In this document: positions 55,259 to 55,694 of the stretch, one piece after another
Numbering within the stretch: position 1 is the first letter of the stretch
Layout: the number at the start of each line of letters is the position of its first letter
Virus record (IMG/VR): IMGVR_UViG_3300044711_000046
Span: 1-55,694 of that record
Strand: one strand, 5' to 3'
Length of the DNA: 55,694 nt
Source: a virus
Taxonomy: Duplodnaviria > Caudoviricetes
Made by a program: the position numbers and the translations under genes
Notes under the pieces: model-generated
Told to the model about the DNA's origin: nothing
The model's input: the letters and a program-made list of their open reading frames with translations, nothing else
Databases searched by the model: none

Positions 55259-55694
55259 GCAACACACCAGTCAGCGGCGAAAAGTACATGGGAATTCCGA
55301 CTGATCCGAAGGTCGGCACGTCAGGCAATAAGCTCGTCATCTCGGTAACGATGCTGATCACCGAGGGTGAACTAAAGGGATGGAAATTCCCGTTCAAGGT
55401 TGATCGTTGGACCAACGAAACCCTGCGGTGGGACATGCCAAGCCTTCGCGCGGCGGGGTGGCGCACCAAGGAATCTTCGACGTTCGTCGCGGACGTCCTC
55501 GCGTTTGCGAAGCAGGGTGTCCCTGTCCAGTTCGAGGCCAAGCTGGCCGAGAACCCACACAACGGAAACACGTGGTGGACGTGTCGCAGTATTGGCGTGT
55601 TCGCCCCGACCATCGCGCCGGCCAGCGCTGACGATCTGGCAAAAATCGATTCGTTCCTCGCCGACTACCAGGAGGACGAGGTTCCGCAGCGAAC
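55255..55694 (+). CDS. 5' part of SSB-like protein (172 aa in total, ends at 227)
   Basis: ATGA overlap with the pentapeptide gene; open frame through the terminal repeat. Confidence 0.75.
   Translation, partial: MSNTPVSGEKYMGIPTDPKVGTSGNKLVISVTMLITEGELKGWKFPFKVDRWTNETLRWDMPSLRAAGWRTKESSTFVADVLAFAKQGVPVQFEAKLAENPHNGNTWWTCRSIGVFAPTIAPASADDLAKIDSFLADYQEDEVPQR
55547..55694. repeat. Terminal direct repeat, right copy
   Basis: Matches 1-148 with one mismatch. Confidence 0.97.

Overview
The window is an apparently complete, GC-rich tailed-phage genome. Bases 1-148 repeat as 55547-55694, giving a unit length of about 55,546 bp, and one SSB-like gene crosses the junction. Layout: (1) rightward recombination/early genes: SSB, Sak4-like AAA ATPase, PD-(D/E)XK nuclease, ParB-like. 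(2) A long leftward late module at 4.3-31.6 kb: TerL, portal, scaffold, major capsid, two decoration-like paralogs, adaptor, nozzle, three ejection-type proteins and a GH25 lysis cassette. There is no sheath or tape-measure gene, so the tail is probably short (podovirus-like). (3) Dense small-gene regions at 28.4-29.9 and 31.6-41.6 kb. (4) A leftward replication/auxiliary block: Toprim-VirE primase-helicase with an ori-like spacer, C5-methylase-like gene, VRR-NUC, DnaN clamp, mini GGQ release-factor domain, MazG, SF2 helicase, RNA ligase and XRE HTH. I found no integrase, tRNA, CRISPR array or reverse transcriptase. A Myxococcota host is suggested but is inference only. Most striking: (a) several intact mini-genes near terL encode diverged fragments of the phage's own capsid, portal and a virion protein; (b) a 1561-aa ejection-type protein carries an R-S-ExE ADP-ribosyltransferase and a HipA/PI3K-like kinase in tandem; (c) a 16-bp palindromic operator overlaps nine sigma70-type -35 boxes. 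All alignments were made by eye and no database searches were run.
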